A DNA stretch of 64,000 bases from Gekko japonicus (lineage: Eukaryota). Both the position numbers and the translations under genes were made by a program. Positions 35,655 through 47,129 of this stretch are shown one piece after another. The notes under the pieces were generated by a model. It did not search any database, was not told the DNA's origin, and was given only the letters and a program-made list of their open reading frames with translations. Each line of letters starts with the position of its first letter. Position 1 is the first letter of the stretch. The DNA is taken from NCBI RefSeq assembly GCF_001447785.1, contig NW_015173675.1, positions 704,643 through 768,642 on the forward strand, in the 5' to 3' direction.

Positions 35655-37751
35655 CTATTTTAAGGTCATGATTGCTACACAACCACATCACTTGCTTCAG
35701 AAAGTTTTTTGCCTAGTTATTCTGTTTTTATCCCACAGTCCTTCAAGCAGCTCAGGGCACCACATTCAGTTTTCCCTTCCACATCTTAGTTTTACAACAA
35801 CACTGTGAGGTAGGTTAGTCTGAGAGAAAATGACTGCTCCAAGTTCCCCCCTCCACAAGCTTCATGGCAAAATGAGGATTTGAACCCAGGTCTCTCTGGT
35901 CTTAAATCGATATTCTAACCACTGTACCACACTAAACTCTACAAGGTTATGTTAGCTTGTTTTTACCAGGGTCAGCTACCACAGTTTGTTTTGCATTGCC
36001 ATAGTGTCCAGGTATATAGTGAAGCTGGTTTACCAAAAACACTCGGGGGGGGGGGGGAGAAAAAGAAAAGGAGAGACTGAGATCTTACTAAAAAGAAATG
36101 GAGGAGATATTAACTCTACACAGACATTATGTATAATGTTATGGCTATTTTACAGGCTAAAGACAAATCTTTCTTCAGTTTTAATCATACAATAAGCAGA
36201 TATCAAGGAAAAATTTACCTCTTTCTCTGAGTACTCCTAAACTCATCAAACAGGACTAAGGGCCTGCTTCACAACAAACTCTACAATGGCTGTGCCCCAG
36301 TGATAGAGGAATTATGTCAGAAGCTAAAAACACTGATTATTATCTGGTTATCTGATTTGTTTGAAAAAGGTTTATAGCAGTAAACACTCACCACAAAATA
36401 GATTGGACTATGTGCTCCCTGTAGAATTGCCAGATCAACATTTGCAAAAATAAGGACCCGCTACATCAAAGCACGGTTCTCAGAAGAGCTGGAGCAACAG
36501 AGGAGGGGACAGCAATGATGTAAGAAGTAGCTGTCTGTCTCCTACTCCCCAAATGATGTCCAGTGACCAACAATAAAACTTTCTTCAAATACATTAGAAG
36601 CAGGAGACCAGCCAGGGAGGCAGTGGGGCCCATGGATGACCAAGGGGTAAAAGGAGTACTGAAGGATGATAGGGAAATGGCTGAGAAGCTGAATGCATTT
36701 TTGCCTCTGTCTTCACTGTGGAAGATGAAAGGTGCTTGCCCACTCCAGAACCGCTGATTTCGGGAGGGGTGTTGAAAGACCTGAGTCAGATTGAGGTGAT
36801 GAGAGAGGAGGTCTTATGACTGATAGACAACTTAAAAACTGATAAATCACCAGGCCCGGGTGGCATACATCCAAAAGTTCTGAAAGAACTCAAATGTGAA
36901 CTTGTGGATCTCCTGACAAAAATATGTAACCTTTCATTAAAATCTGCCTCCATTCCTGAGGACTGGAACGTAGCTAATGTCACTCCCATCTTTAAAAACG
37001 GTTCCAGAGGAGATCCGGGAAATTACAGACCAGTCAGTCTGACATCAATACCGGGTAAGTTGGTGGAAACTTATTAAGGAAAGAATTAGTAGGCACATTG
37101 ATGAACAAAAACTATTGAGGCAGACTCAGCATGGGTTCTGTAAGGGAAGATTTTGTCTCACTAACCTGTTAGTGTTTTCTGAGGGAGTGAACAAACATGT
37201 GGACAAGGGGGAGCCAATGGATGTTGTTTACCTTGACTTCCAGAAAGCTTTTGATAAAGTTCCTCATCAAAGGCTCCTAAGTAAGCTCAATAGTCATGGG
37301 ATGAAAGGATCTCTTGTGGGTCAAAAGCTGGCTAGTTAATAGGAAACAGAGAGTGAGTGTAAATAGGCAACTTTTACAGTGGAGGGTGGTAAGCAGTGGG
37401 GTACTGCAGGTATCAGTACTTGGTCCGATGCTTTTTAACTTGTTCATTAATGATTTGGAGTTGGGAGTAAGCAGTGGAGTGACTAAATTTGCAGATGACA
37501 CAAAATTGTTCAGGGTGATGAAAACCAGGGAGGCACTCCAAAGAGATCTGTTGAGGATGGGTGAGTGGCTGTCAGCATGGCAAATGGGGTTTAATGTGGC
37601 CAACTGCAAAGTGATGCACACTGGGGCCAAAAATCCTAACTATAAATACACATTGATGGGATCCAAACTGGCAGACACTGACCAAGAGAGAGATCTTGGA
37701 GTCATAGTAGATAACTCACTGAAAATCTCAAGACAGTGTGCAACTGCAATA

Positions 37752-38055
37752 AAGAAGAAGAAGAAGAAGAGAAGAAGAGATTGGATTTATACCCTGCCTT
37801 TCAGTACCCAAAGGTGTCTCAGAGCGACTTACAAACTCCTTTCCCTTCCTCTCCCCACAACAGACACCCTGTGAGGTAGATGGGGCTGAGAGAGCTCTTG
37901 ACAGAAACCGCTCTNNNNNNNNNNNNTCTTTTTCAAAAACAGCTCTTATCAGAACTATGGCTTGCCCAAGGTCATCCAACCAGGTGCAAGTGGAAGAGTG
38001 GGGAATCAAACCCGGTTCTCCCAGATTAGTCTGTGCATTTAACCACTACACCAAA
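37752..38055 (-). mobile_element. Squam3-like SINE inserted in the CR1 (contains an assembly gap at 37915-37926)
   Basis: (GAA)n tail and a body nearly identical to the copy at 51710-51985; it splits CR1 GCAATAAA|AAGGCCAATG. Confidence 0.88.
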
Positions 38056-38610
38056 AAGGCCAATGCTATGGTGGGGGTTATTAGGAAGGGAATTGAAAAC
38101 AAATCAGCCAGTATCATAATGCCCCTGTATAAACTGATGGTGTGACTTCGTTTGGAATACTGTGTACAATTCTGGTCACCACACCTCAAAAAGGATAGTA
38201 TAGCATTGGAAAAAGTGCAGAAAATGGCAACTAGAATGATAAAAGGGTTGGAACACTTTCCCTATGAAGAAAGGTTAAAGCACTTGAGGCTCTTAAGCTT
38301 GGAGAAATGATGACTGAGGGGTGACATAATCAAGGTTTATAAGATTATGCATGGGATAGCGCAGGTAGAGAAAGAAATACTGTTCTTCCTTTCTCACAAT
38401 ACAAGAACTCATGGGCATTCAATGAAATTGCTGAGCAGTTGGGTTAGAATGGATAAAAGGAAGTATTTCTTCACCCAAAGAGTGATTAACACATGGAATT
38501 CACTGCCACAGGAGGTGGTGGCAGCTACAAGCATGGGCGGCTTCAAGAGGGAATTGGATAAACATATGGAACAGAGGTCCATCATTATTATTAGCCACAA
38601 TGTATAGATA

Positions 38611-38747
38611 CCCTGTTTCCCCGAAAATAAGACCTACCCAAAAAATAAGCCCTAGTAGGATTTCTATGCATTTGTGGTATAAGCCCTAGTGTGTCTTCTT
38701 CAGAAAAAATAAACATAAGACGGTGTCTTATTTTGGGGGAAACACGG
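38611..38747. mobile_element. Tc1/mariner (Tigger/pogo-like) MITE, 137 bp, inside the CR1 3' tail
   Basis: 23-bp terminal inverted repeats (TIRs) CCCTGTTTCCCCGAAAATAAGAC / GTCTTATTTTGGGGGAAACACGG; TA duplicated at 38609-38610 and 38748-38749. Confidence 0.92.
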
Positions 38748-41387
38748 TAGGAACTCTCAGTCTGGGGCAAGTGATGCTCTGTATTCTTGGTGCTTGGGGG
38801 GAGGCTACAGTGGGAGGGCTTCTAGTGTCCTGGCCCCACTGGTAGATATCCTGATGGCACCTGGTATTTTTGGCCACTGTGTGACAGTGTTGGACTGGAT
38901 GGGCCATTGGCCTGATCCAACATTAGCTTCTCTTATGTTCTTACACGTGACAGGCAAACATCAAGGGAAATTTCCATGTCAGTGCAACCAGCCACCCAGA
39001 ATGTGCCTGGCCACTATGGGAACTTTCCATATGATCCTATTAATCAAGCATTTCCAGAACAGCATGAGGCCCAGCCGCATAAGGAAACTGCTCCAATACT
39101 ACACTAGTTCCATATGAATCAGGCCTCAGTCTCCCTGCACATTCAGTTGCTGGACTTGACAAGGCCAAGATGCAGAAGAGACTTTGATGCAAGGACTTGT
39201 AGAAGGGGGTGGCAGAATCCAAGGCTGCCTGTTGAAGTTGCGCTTTGGCTTCTTAGGGGCGACTCCTCTGCCTTCTGATCAAGTCATTCACCAAATACTG
39301 GCAGCTGTTTTTCATCATAGACCCAAACTGGGATAAACAATGAGATCATTTTCTCCTCTCTGACAGCATTCAAAAAAACAACCCCAAACCCACACATGGG
39401 GAATTAGCTGTATTCTTAACTAAGCAGAAGGGATATCAAAGCGCAGGGAGGCCCTTGTTCTGACCACCCAGAATTTTTCCAAGAGCTCTTGAGACTTGTT
39501 TAATAAAATAAAAAATTATTTTAAAAAATACTTGTCTCGCTACTGGTCAGGTTTTTAAATATTTTTTTTATTATAAGTGTAAGATGCACCTCAAGCATTT
39601 CTATCGTTAAGTAGGTAAGATACACACAATTTTCTAAAGATCTTCTCTACTGTATACTTGCATGAAGTTATATCATATGCATTATTGTAACTCTTTAAAT
39701 ACTTAGAGATTTTTGCAATCCACCTGAATTTATAACAACAGGTTTGCAGAACAAGCAATTATGAGTAACAAGTTCCTTAATGCCTAACATTTTCAGAACA
39801 CACTATGGATTTTAGGGTACCACCAAGGGTCAGCAAATTCTAAATCATTTTGTTTACTGTTATATATTTCCCAGTGGAGAGGGCACAATATGGATTGTCT
39901 GCAAAGGAACATTCAAAAGTGGAATCCAGTCCATTCTATCACCTCATTCTCTGGCATATGAAAACTAAGCCACAGAATTGATTTCTGTACTTCTTAGAGA
40001 TCTAGAGAAGTCAGAGGTTTGTTGGGTGACCGTGGGCCAGTCACTTTCAGCCTAACCTACCATAAACAGAGGAGAGAATTATATAGGCTGCTTTGGGTCC
40101 CATTGGGTAGAAAGGTGGCGTATAAATGATGTAGTTTTGTCCACCTTAGTGCCTAATAAAGGGGAGAGGAAGAGGATGAGACTAAAAACTGGGGTTGAAA
40201 ATAACAATGCTGCCCTTTTAATTTTTTTTTTAAACTTAATTTAGCTTGAGACTTATACCGGTATCTACACAAACCATTTTATTATTCTTTTTGCAATTTT
40301 AAGAGTCCTGGTCAGGAAATGAAATGGTAGAGAAATAGGAAAAGGAACATTCATCCATTTTGAGATTCTTACGCCATCATGAAGTACCTGACCGTCAATA
40401 CATTCTCTTATCATGTGCCAAAGCACTGCCTCGCCATTTCCTAGGCAATCATTAACTATTCTTGTGCCCCCTCCAGCATGCTTGAGTGTTCGTTTTCACT
40501 GAGCGAAGGGGGGGAACTGCAAGAGATTAAGGCCCTTGTTTCTTTTGCAAGGAGTTTTGCATCTGAAAACATGGAAGTTGGTATGTCTCAGTATCCAGTT
40601 GATTCATGCATTACCACTCTCTCCAAACTCCTAACATTTCGATTGTGCCGTCAAAGTGCCGTTCTCCCTGTTTCTGAAATGGACATGCGTCATACAGAAG
40701 CTTTAATTAGAATCTAATTTCACAAGATACAGAAACAATGGTGAGATAATACTTTTAATAGCCAATATTCACTGGTGAAAAAGAATGCATGCTTTTAAAG
40801 CATAACTTCATATTAACCCATAACGTACAGTAAAATAAAACCATGTCTATTGCTGAGCCAAGTAATGTTCAACATGTAGGATGCAGCCTTTCCAAGTTAC
40901 ACAGAACTCTATAGGCAATAGCTGGTCAGAAAAAAACAAAGAAGGGAAAACTAAAGGAAAAGAAAGAGACTGAAAGATCTAGGCTGATGCTATCCTAGTG
41001 GAATTAAGAGTTCCTCAATACAAAGGGGTGGGTTGGTTTGAATTTGGAGATAAATTAGAGTCCCATGAAACAAGAAAGGGAGAACATATTTAATGAACTA
41101 ACAGATCTCTTCATCAAGAGAAAATTCTGAGAACTTTGAACACTTTCATTCCTTTGTGAGCAAAAAAATCCACTCAGGATAATTAATGTCCTAGTACTTT
41201 ACTAATATAAATGCTCTTCTTTATTCTTTTTCCCCCCAAGCTTGAAATCACAAACATCCCCCTCCTCAAATTTATTCTAGTTAGTCCATCTCAGTCACAC
41301 AAATGGCAGATAATTTTGTGAAGTGATGTACTTTGCAGTCTTTGCTACCTACCAGCCATACTCAGTTTTGAACCCACACTTTACATG

Positions 41388-41830
41388 AGAGTCAGTGTGG
41401 CCTAGCAGCTGGAGTGCCAGACTAGGATCTGGGAGACCCAGGTTCAAATCCCCACTCTGGGATGGGAGGGCAATCAGGCTGCGACATGTCACCCCATTGA
41501 TCACCAGGCTTGATTTGGCTAATCTGGCTAGCTAGGTGGGTGTCCCCGCCTTCCCTTCCTCCCCGTTCCTTGTGTGTGTCCCTCCCGAAGCTGCATGCTC
41601 GGTCGAAGAGGACGACCATCCCAGATAGGAGTGTACCGTTCTTCGGTCAAGGGTTTATGAAATCCCCACTCTGCCATGGAGGCTTGCTCAGTGACCTTGG
41701 GCCAGTCACACACTCTCAGCCTAACCTATCTCACAAGATCATGAGGATAAAATAAAGGAAGGGGGAACAATGTAAGCCCATCTGTATTCCTCATTAAGGA
41801 GGAAGGTCGAGCATAAGTGAAGTAAATAAT
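41388..41830 (+). mobile_element. Squam3-like tRNA SINE interrupted by the 7SK retrocopy
   Basis: GAGAGTCAGTGTGG...GGTTCAAATCCC B-box head; the body resumes GCCATGG...GTGACCTTGGGCCAGTCAC...GAGGATAAAAT. Confidence 0.85.
41460..41659 (+). pseudogene. RN7SK: 7SK snRNA retropseudogene, 3'-truncated (first ~200 nt), with 14-bp TSD
   Basis: GGATGGGAGGGCAATCAGGCTGCGACATGTCACCCCATTGATC...TCCCTCCCGAAGCTGCATGCTCGGTCGAAGAGGACGACCATCCC...TCTTCGGTCAAGGGT matches the 5' half of vertebrate 7SK. Flanked by AAATCCCCACTCTG at 41446-41459 and 41660-41673. Confidence 0.93.
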
Positions 41831-42123
41831 TTAATTTCTTCCACGTAGCACCCACTGGACACTGACCAACACTGAAAGGTGTAAGTAGATTCAGGAGACT
41901 CAAAGCAACGCAGGATTGGATAGAGAGGGCTACCAGAGCTCCAGGCTAGCCCTCTCCTGTCCTCTTGGATTTCATTACCTGGCCCATGTTTCCACATTGA
42001 GAGCAGAGGAGGAGGAGGTGTCAGAACCAATTTCGTGGCACCCCCATTACCCAGGATCTCCCAGAGACTTTTGCTTGAAGACTTACTCTCCCGAGATCTA
42101 CCTTACATTAAAACAATGCTCAC

Positions 42124-42366
42124 TGTGGTGGATGAGGGCTTGTGTACCCTGGTGGGAGAGGAGGGGGCCAAACGGCTACAGGTGGCGGCATCCAGTCCCT
42201 TATTTCCACAAGCTCCACCATAAGTTGAGGCACAGCCCTTGTCTGTCTGCGTGTGCCGTTTCTAGGCCTCCCCAGCAAAGCTTTTAATCTCTTCAGAGGC
42301 TTCAGGAGAAAGAGGGCTGAAGGGCAAATGCACCCCAGGAGCCAAGAACAGATACTTGGCCATCAT
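42124..42366 (-). pseudogene. C4orf51: C4orf51 ortholog, first coding exon, with in-frame TAG at codon 34 (counted from the second ATG)
   Basis: Translates MMAKYLFLAPGVHLPFSPLSPEASEEIKSFAGEA*KRHTQTDKGCASTYGGACGNKGLDAATCSRLAPSSPTRVHKP. This aligns without gaps to human C4orf51 as recalled ([40 protein letters not shown]...TTYTGSYRKKQLDKSMCS). Position and strand between MMAA and ZNF827 are syntenic; GTGAGC donor follows 42124. Confidence 0.8.
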
Positions 42367-42504
42367 GAGGACGCAAACTATAAAGATACAATTTACATAA
42401 GCCTGCTGATTGTTTCTTTTGGGTTGCTGCTGCCGTTGTCAACAACTTGTCTGCTGAACTTCTGCAGAGAGGAAGGAAAAGGGAAAGGCCTTGCTCTGCA
42501 TCAG

Positions 42505-42519
42505 TGTTGCTAAGCAACA
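42505..42519. promoter_or_regulatory. RFX X-box (TGTTGCTAAGCAACA) about 140 bp upstream of the C4orf51 ATG
   Basis: Palindrome with 7-bp arms matching the GTTGCYN(0-3)GCAAC consensus typical of cilia and spermatid gene promoters. Confidence 0.6.
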
Positions 42520-45500
42520 GGTCACAAAGTCAGCAGCATTCTAAACATCACAAAAAGGAAGGCAAAAGGGCAAAAATAAAAAGGAGTTAAAGGAGTTAAA
42601 GGTGTAACCTACCTTTAGTGGGAACTAGTGCCTCATCTCTCTCTCTCTAGTGGGTTTTCCCCCCCGGCTTCTCCAGTCTGTAACCTTCATACGTTCTTAA
42701 ATGCTTTGTATGTATTCCCAATTACATGCTGACAATTAATACTACTAATTTTACTTCCATTTTATCAGGTTCCGATGCCAATATTTCTATGGCTTGTCAA
42801 CACCTCACTACCAGCACCTTATCCTAACTGAATTTACAGCGGCCTATTGGTACTTTTCTATTGTTGCCTTTCTTGGGGAACTAAGTTTTAACATTCTTTT
42901 ATGTCCAACATATTTTTATAATATGTTTTATAATATGAAATATTTTCTTATCCATACAGATGTTCTGGATTCAACACTTTTTTTGTACAGGTTTAAATAT
43001 GCCTGGCAAAATATAATTTTGACTTAAGAGTGCAGTATTCAAATGCACTGATAATCAGCTCATTCAGAGCCGCTCACCCTTGTGGCTTCTAGATAATTAG
43101 TTTTGGGTCATCACCACCATGACCACACCCGTTCCCTACTCAGGCAGCGCAATCCAGACTGCAGTCAATGGACTTAAGAGAAGTCTGTGTCTGCTCAGGG
43201 CAGCATCGTCAGCCAGTCACATCAGCCTACATCTCCACTTCACATCCCAAAGGCATATGCCCTGAGAAATTGGGAGAACACTGGACCATTCCTCATAAAT
43301 CTTAATTATTAACAGGATGGAGAAATTAAAGATCATTAGTGGGGCAATTAGCCTTTTCAGAGGTTGGCAGGAAAGGCAGACCACCTTTGCCTTTTAGTCT
43401 TAAACCTCAGAACTCAAAAACGTTTAAGGATGTCATTAGGAAAGTCATGTGGGTGAACAGATGATCATCAGCGACATGAAAAGTGTTCCATAGTAAACGG
43501 CACATGTGGAGAACAGCAGCAAACCTGAACTGCTAAGTTAGGGTCCGTTTGTTTAGTACCTAAAGAAAGGGCTTGACTTCACTGTGCACAGGCAGTAAAT
43601 GGAACCAAATAAGATCCTCTAATTTAAGTTTTATTTTAAGGAACTTTGATATCCATTTGTATTGTAGCAGTGTCTGTACGGCCCTAAAGAGAAACCCCAA
43701 TGTCAGGAATAGGTGCCAGTTAGGGCATATGGGCAACCAAAAAGGTGCAGAACAAACCAGTTGAAACAAGGAAATCATCATATGAGGTAGAGAAGAACCA
43801 TGTCTACTGCCCCAGTTTGTGACAGAAGGGTGGGAGTATATATATATCTACTGGGTTATATTTTCATAGAAATGTTCTGCTGCACTACTTTTTAGTTTAA
43901 AAAAAAAAACAGAGAAAAAAATAAGCACCCTTATAACTCATTTGCAAAACAGCAAGACCCAAAAAAATTAAGATCAAGGTTGATTTAAAAAAATAAATAA
44001 AGTTGCTTGCTTATTTTAGTGCAGAACTAGAAAAAGAGCCATGCCAAATCGGGATAACTGCGCCAAACAAGACTGACTTCCCGGGCAATTAGAAAGGAAA
44101 AAGGAGCATATACACGGCAGTCCTACAGAAATCAGGAAGCCACAGGCAGAAGGGCGAGACATATTAAAGGCTACACAAGCTTGTATTACAGGAAGTAATG
44201 GAGTTACAAAGGACCAGTGCAGATTAGATATACAGGGGAGACAAACTTCCTAATGAGGCAAATCACTGACATTGTAACAGCCAGACAACATCAGGTCATT
44301 CAAGCAGCCTGATTTGAAGGAGAAAATCATATCTGAGGGGAGCAGGCTTGTCTACAGGGTGGCCAGCGCTGTACTCCTAAGCAGAGTCCTAAATCAACGG
44401 GCTTAGAAGGGGGTTAAGCTCTGCTTAGCTGCAAGTGGACTATATGTAATGCAGCAATAGCATATGATGTCAGGGGCATGGGGGTACTTAAAGTCTGTTA
44501 GCCAAATTGCTCTATTTCTTAATAATGGATTGGGGAATTATGATATTAAAAGGCAATTTGCAAATAGGGAACAATAACCTTTGTATACAGGAGTCCCACT
44601 TATTCCAGTAATTCCAGAAATTAGATGCAGAGACCAGATCTTAAAGAAATGGTTTCTTTGCTGGGGGATTTGCACGCATACAAATAAACACAATCACACA
44701 CTCAACAATACAGAACTAGGAAAAATAGACTGAAAAGATACAGAGACATTCACATTAGCAGGAGTTCGTTGGTTGGGCAATACTGACCTGTCTGACGTGA
44801 TGAAGTGAGCCTTGCAGCGGAAAAATAGGGGACATTATAAGGGGGAAAGGGTCGTATTCTGAACCAGCAGAACATGTGGAGAGACTCTGGGCAGAGCATC
44901 TGCTTTGCCTGTATAAGGTCCCAGGTTCAATCCCCGGTATCTCCAGTTAAAAGATCTGACAGTAGGCAATGTGAAAGTCCTTGGAGAGCTTCTGCCAGTC
45001 TGAGTAGACAATACTGACTTTGAAGGAACAAGGGTCTGATTCAATATAAGGCAGCTTCATGTGTACTCCTGTTAAAGCATCCACATTGTGATGTCTTCTG
45101 TCCCTAATCTTTGAAATCTTTTCTTCTTGCCGTTAAACTGAGTCACTCTCTCCAATGTTGCCTATGAAGTTTCCGAACAGCTATTTGGCATTAATTCTGT
45201 GTCAGGGACACTACAGATGTTGCAAGAATCAGAGCCAACAGTTACGGACCAATCCTGTGCCTGTCTATGCAGAAGCAAGTCTCCACTAGGGATGTGCATT
45301 CGGTTCGTCCGAACCGAGGCGCTGTAGCGTATACACTCATACTCCAGCACAAGCTGAGCCTGCCCACACAATCTGTGGCAGAAGGAACGAAGTGAGGCCT
45401 ATTCACATACAGTCGAAACAGGGGTCTGGATCCAACAGAAGAGGTAATGGAAGGAGCTGCAGTGCATCCTTCCTCACTCCTCCCTTCCACAAGCAGCCTT

Positions 45501-46346
45501 CTGTTACTGGTCCCCAAAACTCCTCTCTGAGGATCAAGGCATCTTCATAGGCAAAACGACCCACTGACAGGCCATGTGGGCTGCAGGGATAATGGGGAAC
45601 ATAATAATGGGGAATGAAGTAACATCATCCCTACCCCTGCTTCCATCTGCAGCTTGAATCAGCAGAAGAGAGGGAATTTTGCTTGAATCCCCATCGCTGC
45701 TGTGGCTCCTTTGCCCTGTGGCACATTTTGTTTATGAGGCTCTCCTAGGCCTCAGACAGAAATTGTGGGACAAAATGGCAGGTTGCTTGAGGAAAGGGCA
45801 GGCGGGTAAAGATCCTCCCCACTAACACCTTCTGTGAACTTTTCTGGTAGCTCCAACTCACAGCTTAATAGCTTGGGACATGAGCTAGGGCTCATTTAAA
45901 ACAACATCCACAGGATCAGGGACTGCTACTGTTTTGAAGCAGTGGTACAATAACTCTGCTACCACAAAATAATTTTGCTTCTATTGTCTAGAAAAACCAA
46001 TGTGCAATTTACTCTACCACATTAATAGTAAATTATAATTGTACAAACAGCTGGAGGGTTCTAACAGAAAAAACTGCATAGTGCCAGTTGTCAGTCTAGG
46101 GCAAAAATTTACATACTGCAATGCATGTCTGACCCTATTGTCTCTGGTATCCCCCCTGCACATTAGCAACAAATTCCAACCAGAAATGGAACAGCTCCAT
46201 AAAGCCCTGTATTGTGCGATGTAAATAATTCCTGTGTACTTAAGCCACATTTTCAGATCACTTTATCAGGCAAAGTGTAAGTTTACTGAAGTATAAAACA
46301 AGATGCCAAACAACAACAAAATATATTTATATATTTGATGTCAGTG

Positions 46347-46634
46347 TTAGGCTCTCCCTTGAAAAGCTTTCAGCAATAGGTCTGCAGCCAGCCCTGGGGA
46401 CAGGAGCCCGCTGACGACCTTCTCCTCCAGAAGCGGAATCTGATCTCTCACTGCCGAGTGACTCCGGAAATGGTCCAGCATATTTTCTTGGATTACATTC
46501 CACATCCACACTTTTTGCTGTCTCCGCCGTTTGGTGATCAGTTCACCACCTGCAAGCATAAGGTCTCGGAATTCTGTCATCTTATCCCACATGTCGGAGA
46601 TGCCTTCTCCAGTCCTGGCAGAGATCCGCATGAC
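46347..46634 (-). CDS. MMAA: MMAA terminal coding exon ([12 protein letters not shown]...LLKAFQGRA*)
   Basis: aatag acceptor, 288 nt to TAA. Exon sum 439+123+171+86+150+288 = 1257 nt = 418 aa, an intact methylmalonyl-CoA mutase G-protein chaperone. Confidence 0.97.
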   Translation of the reverse strand, partial: VMRISARTGEGISDMWDKMTEFRDLMLAGGELITKRRRQQKVWMWNVIQENMLDHFRSHSAVRDQIPLLEEKVVSGLLSPGLAADLLLKAFQGRA

Positions 46635-46781
46635 CTATTAGATTCAGAACAGACTTCTTAAGAGATACAAGACAAAAATTAAGCTATTAGGCTGAAATGA
46701 TTTGACCATAAGCATCTCTGAAGAAACCATAGATAGCTCAGCTATTAAGCTGAGATATTCAAAGATACTAGAGATACTTTT

Positions 46782-46991
46782 GGGGAGGGGCTGTGGTTCA
46801 GTGATACAGCATACACTTTTCATGCTGAGTGTCCTAGGTTCGGTCCCTGGCATCTCCAGCTAAAAGGATCGAGTACTAGGTGATGTGAAAAGACGTCTTC
46901 TTAAGATACTGGAGAGCCACTGCCAGTCAGAGGAGACAATACTGACCGTGACAGACCCATGTTCTGACTCAGCCTAAGGCAGCTTCATGTG
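46782..46991 (+). mobile_element. tRNA-derived SINE of a second family; further copies at 44890-45066 (+) and 52345-52575 (-)
   Basis: GGGGAGGGGCTGTGGTTCAGTG A-box, GGTTCGGTCCC B-box, ends AGGCAGCTTCATGTG. Confidence 0.8.
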
Positions 46992-47129
46992 ACTATAGAG
47001 ACTCTGACACCACAAATGCTAAGTATCTGGGAAAGGCTCCCCAATAAAGGGCATGCCTTATCGGTCCACCCTCCCCATATACTGGAGCCATTTTTAAAAA
47101 ATTATGTGGGGCTGTGTTTAAAGATGGCT

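Larger units (their letters stand above)
36563..38943 (+). mobile_element. CR1 LINE, 5'-truncated, degenerate ORF2 reverse transcriptase plus 3' tail
   Basis: QHGF, YLDFQKAFDKV, KFADDTKL and WNSLP motifs across frameshifted ORFs; TTCTTATG-type terminal repeat. Confidence 0.95.

Noticed and set aside
37314-37874. Active reverse transcriptase gene
   Set aside because: The CR1 is 5'-truncated, frameshifted and interrupted by a SINE.
41460-41659. Functional 7SK gene
   Set aside because: It lacks the 3' ~130 nt and poly-T terminator, has a TSD and CpG-decay substitutions, and sits inside a SINE rather than behind a type 3 Pol III promoter.
46782-46860. tRNA gene
   Set aside because: The tRNA-like head continues into a SINE body that is repeated elsewhere in the window.
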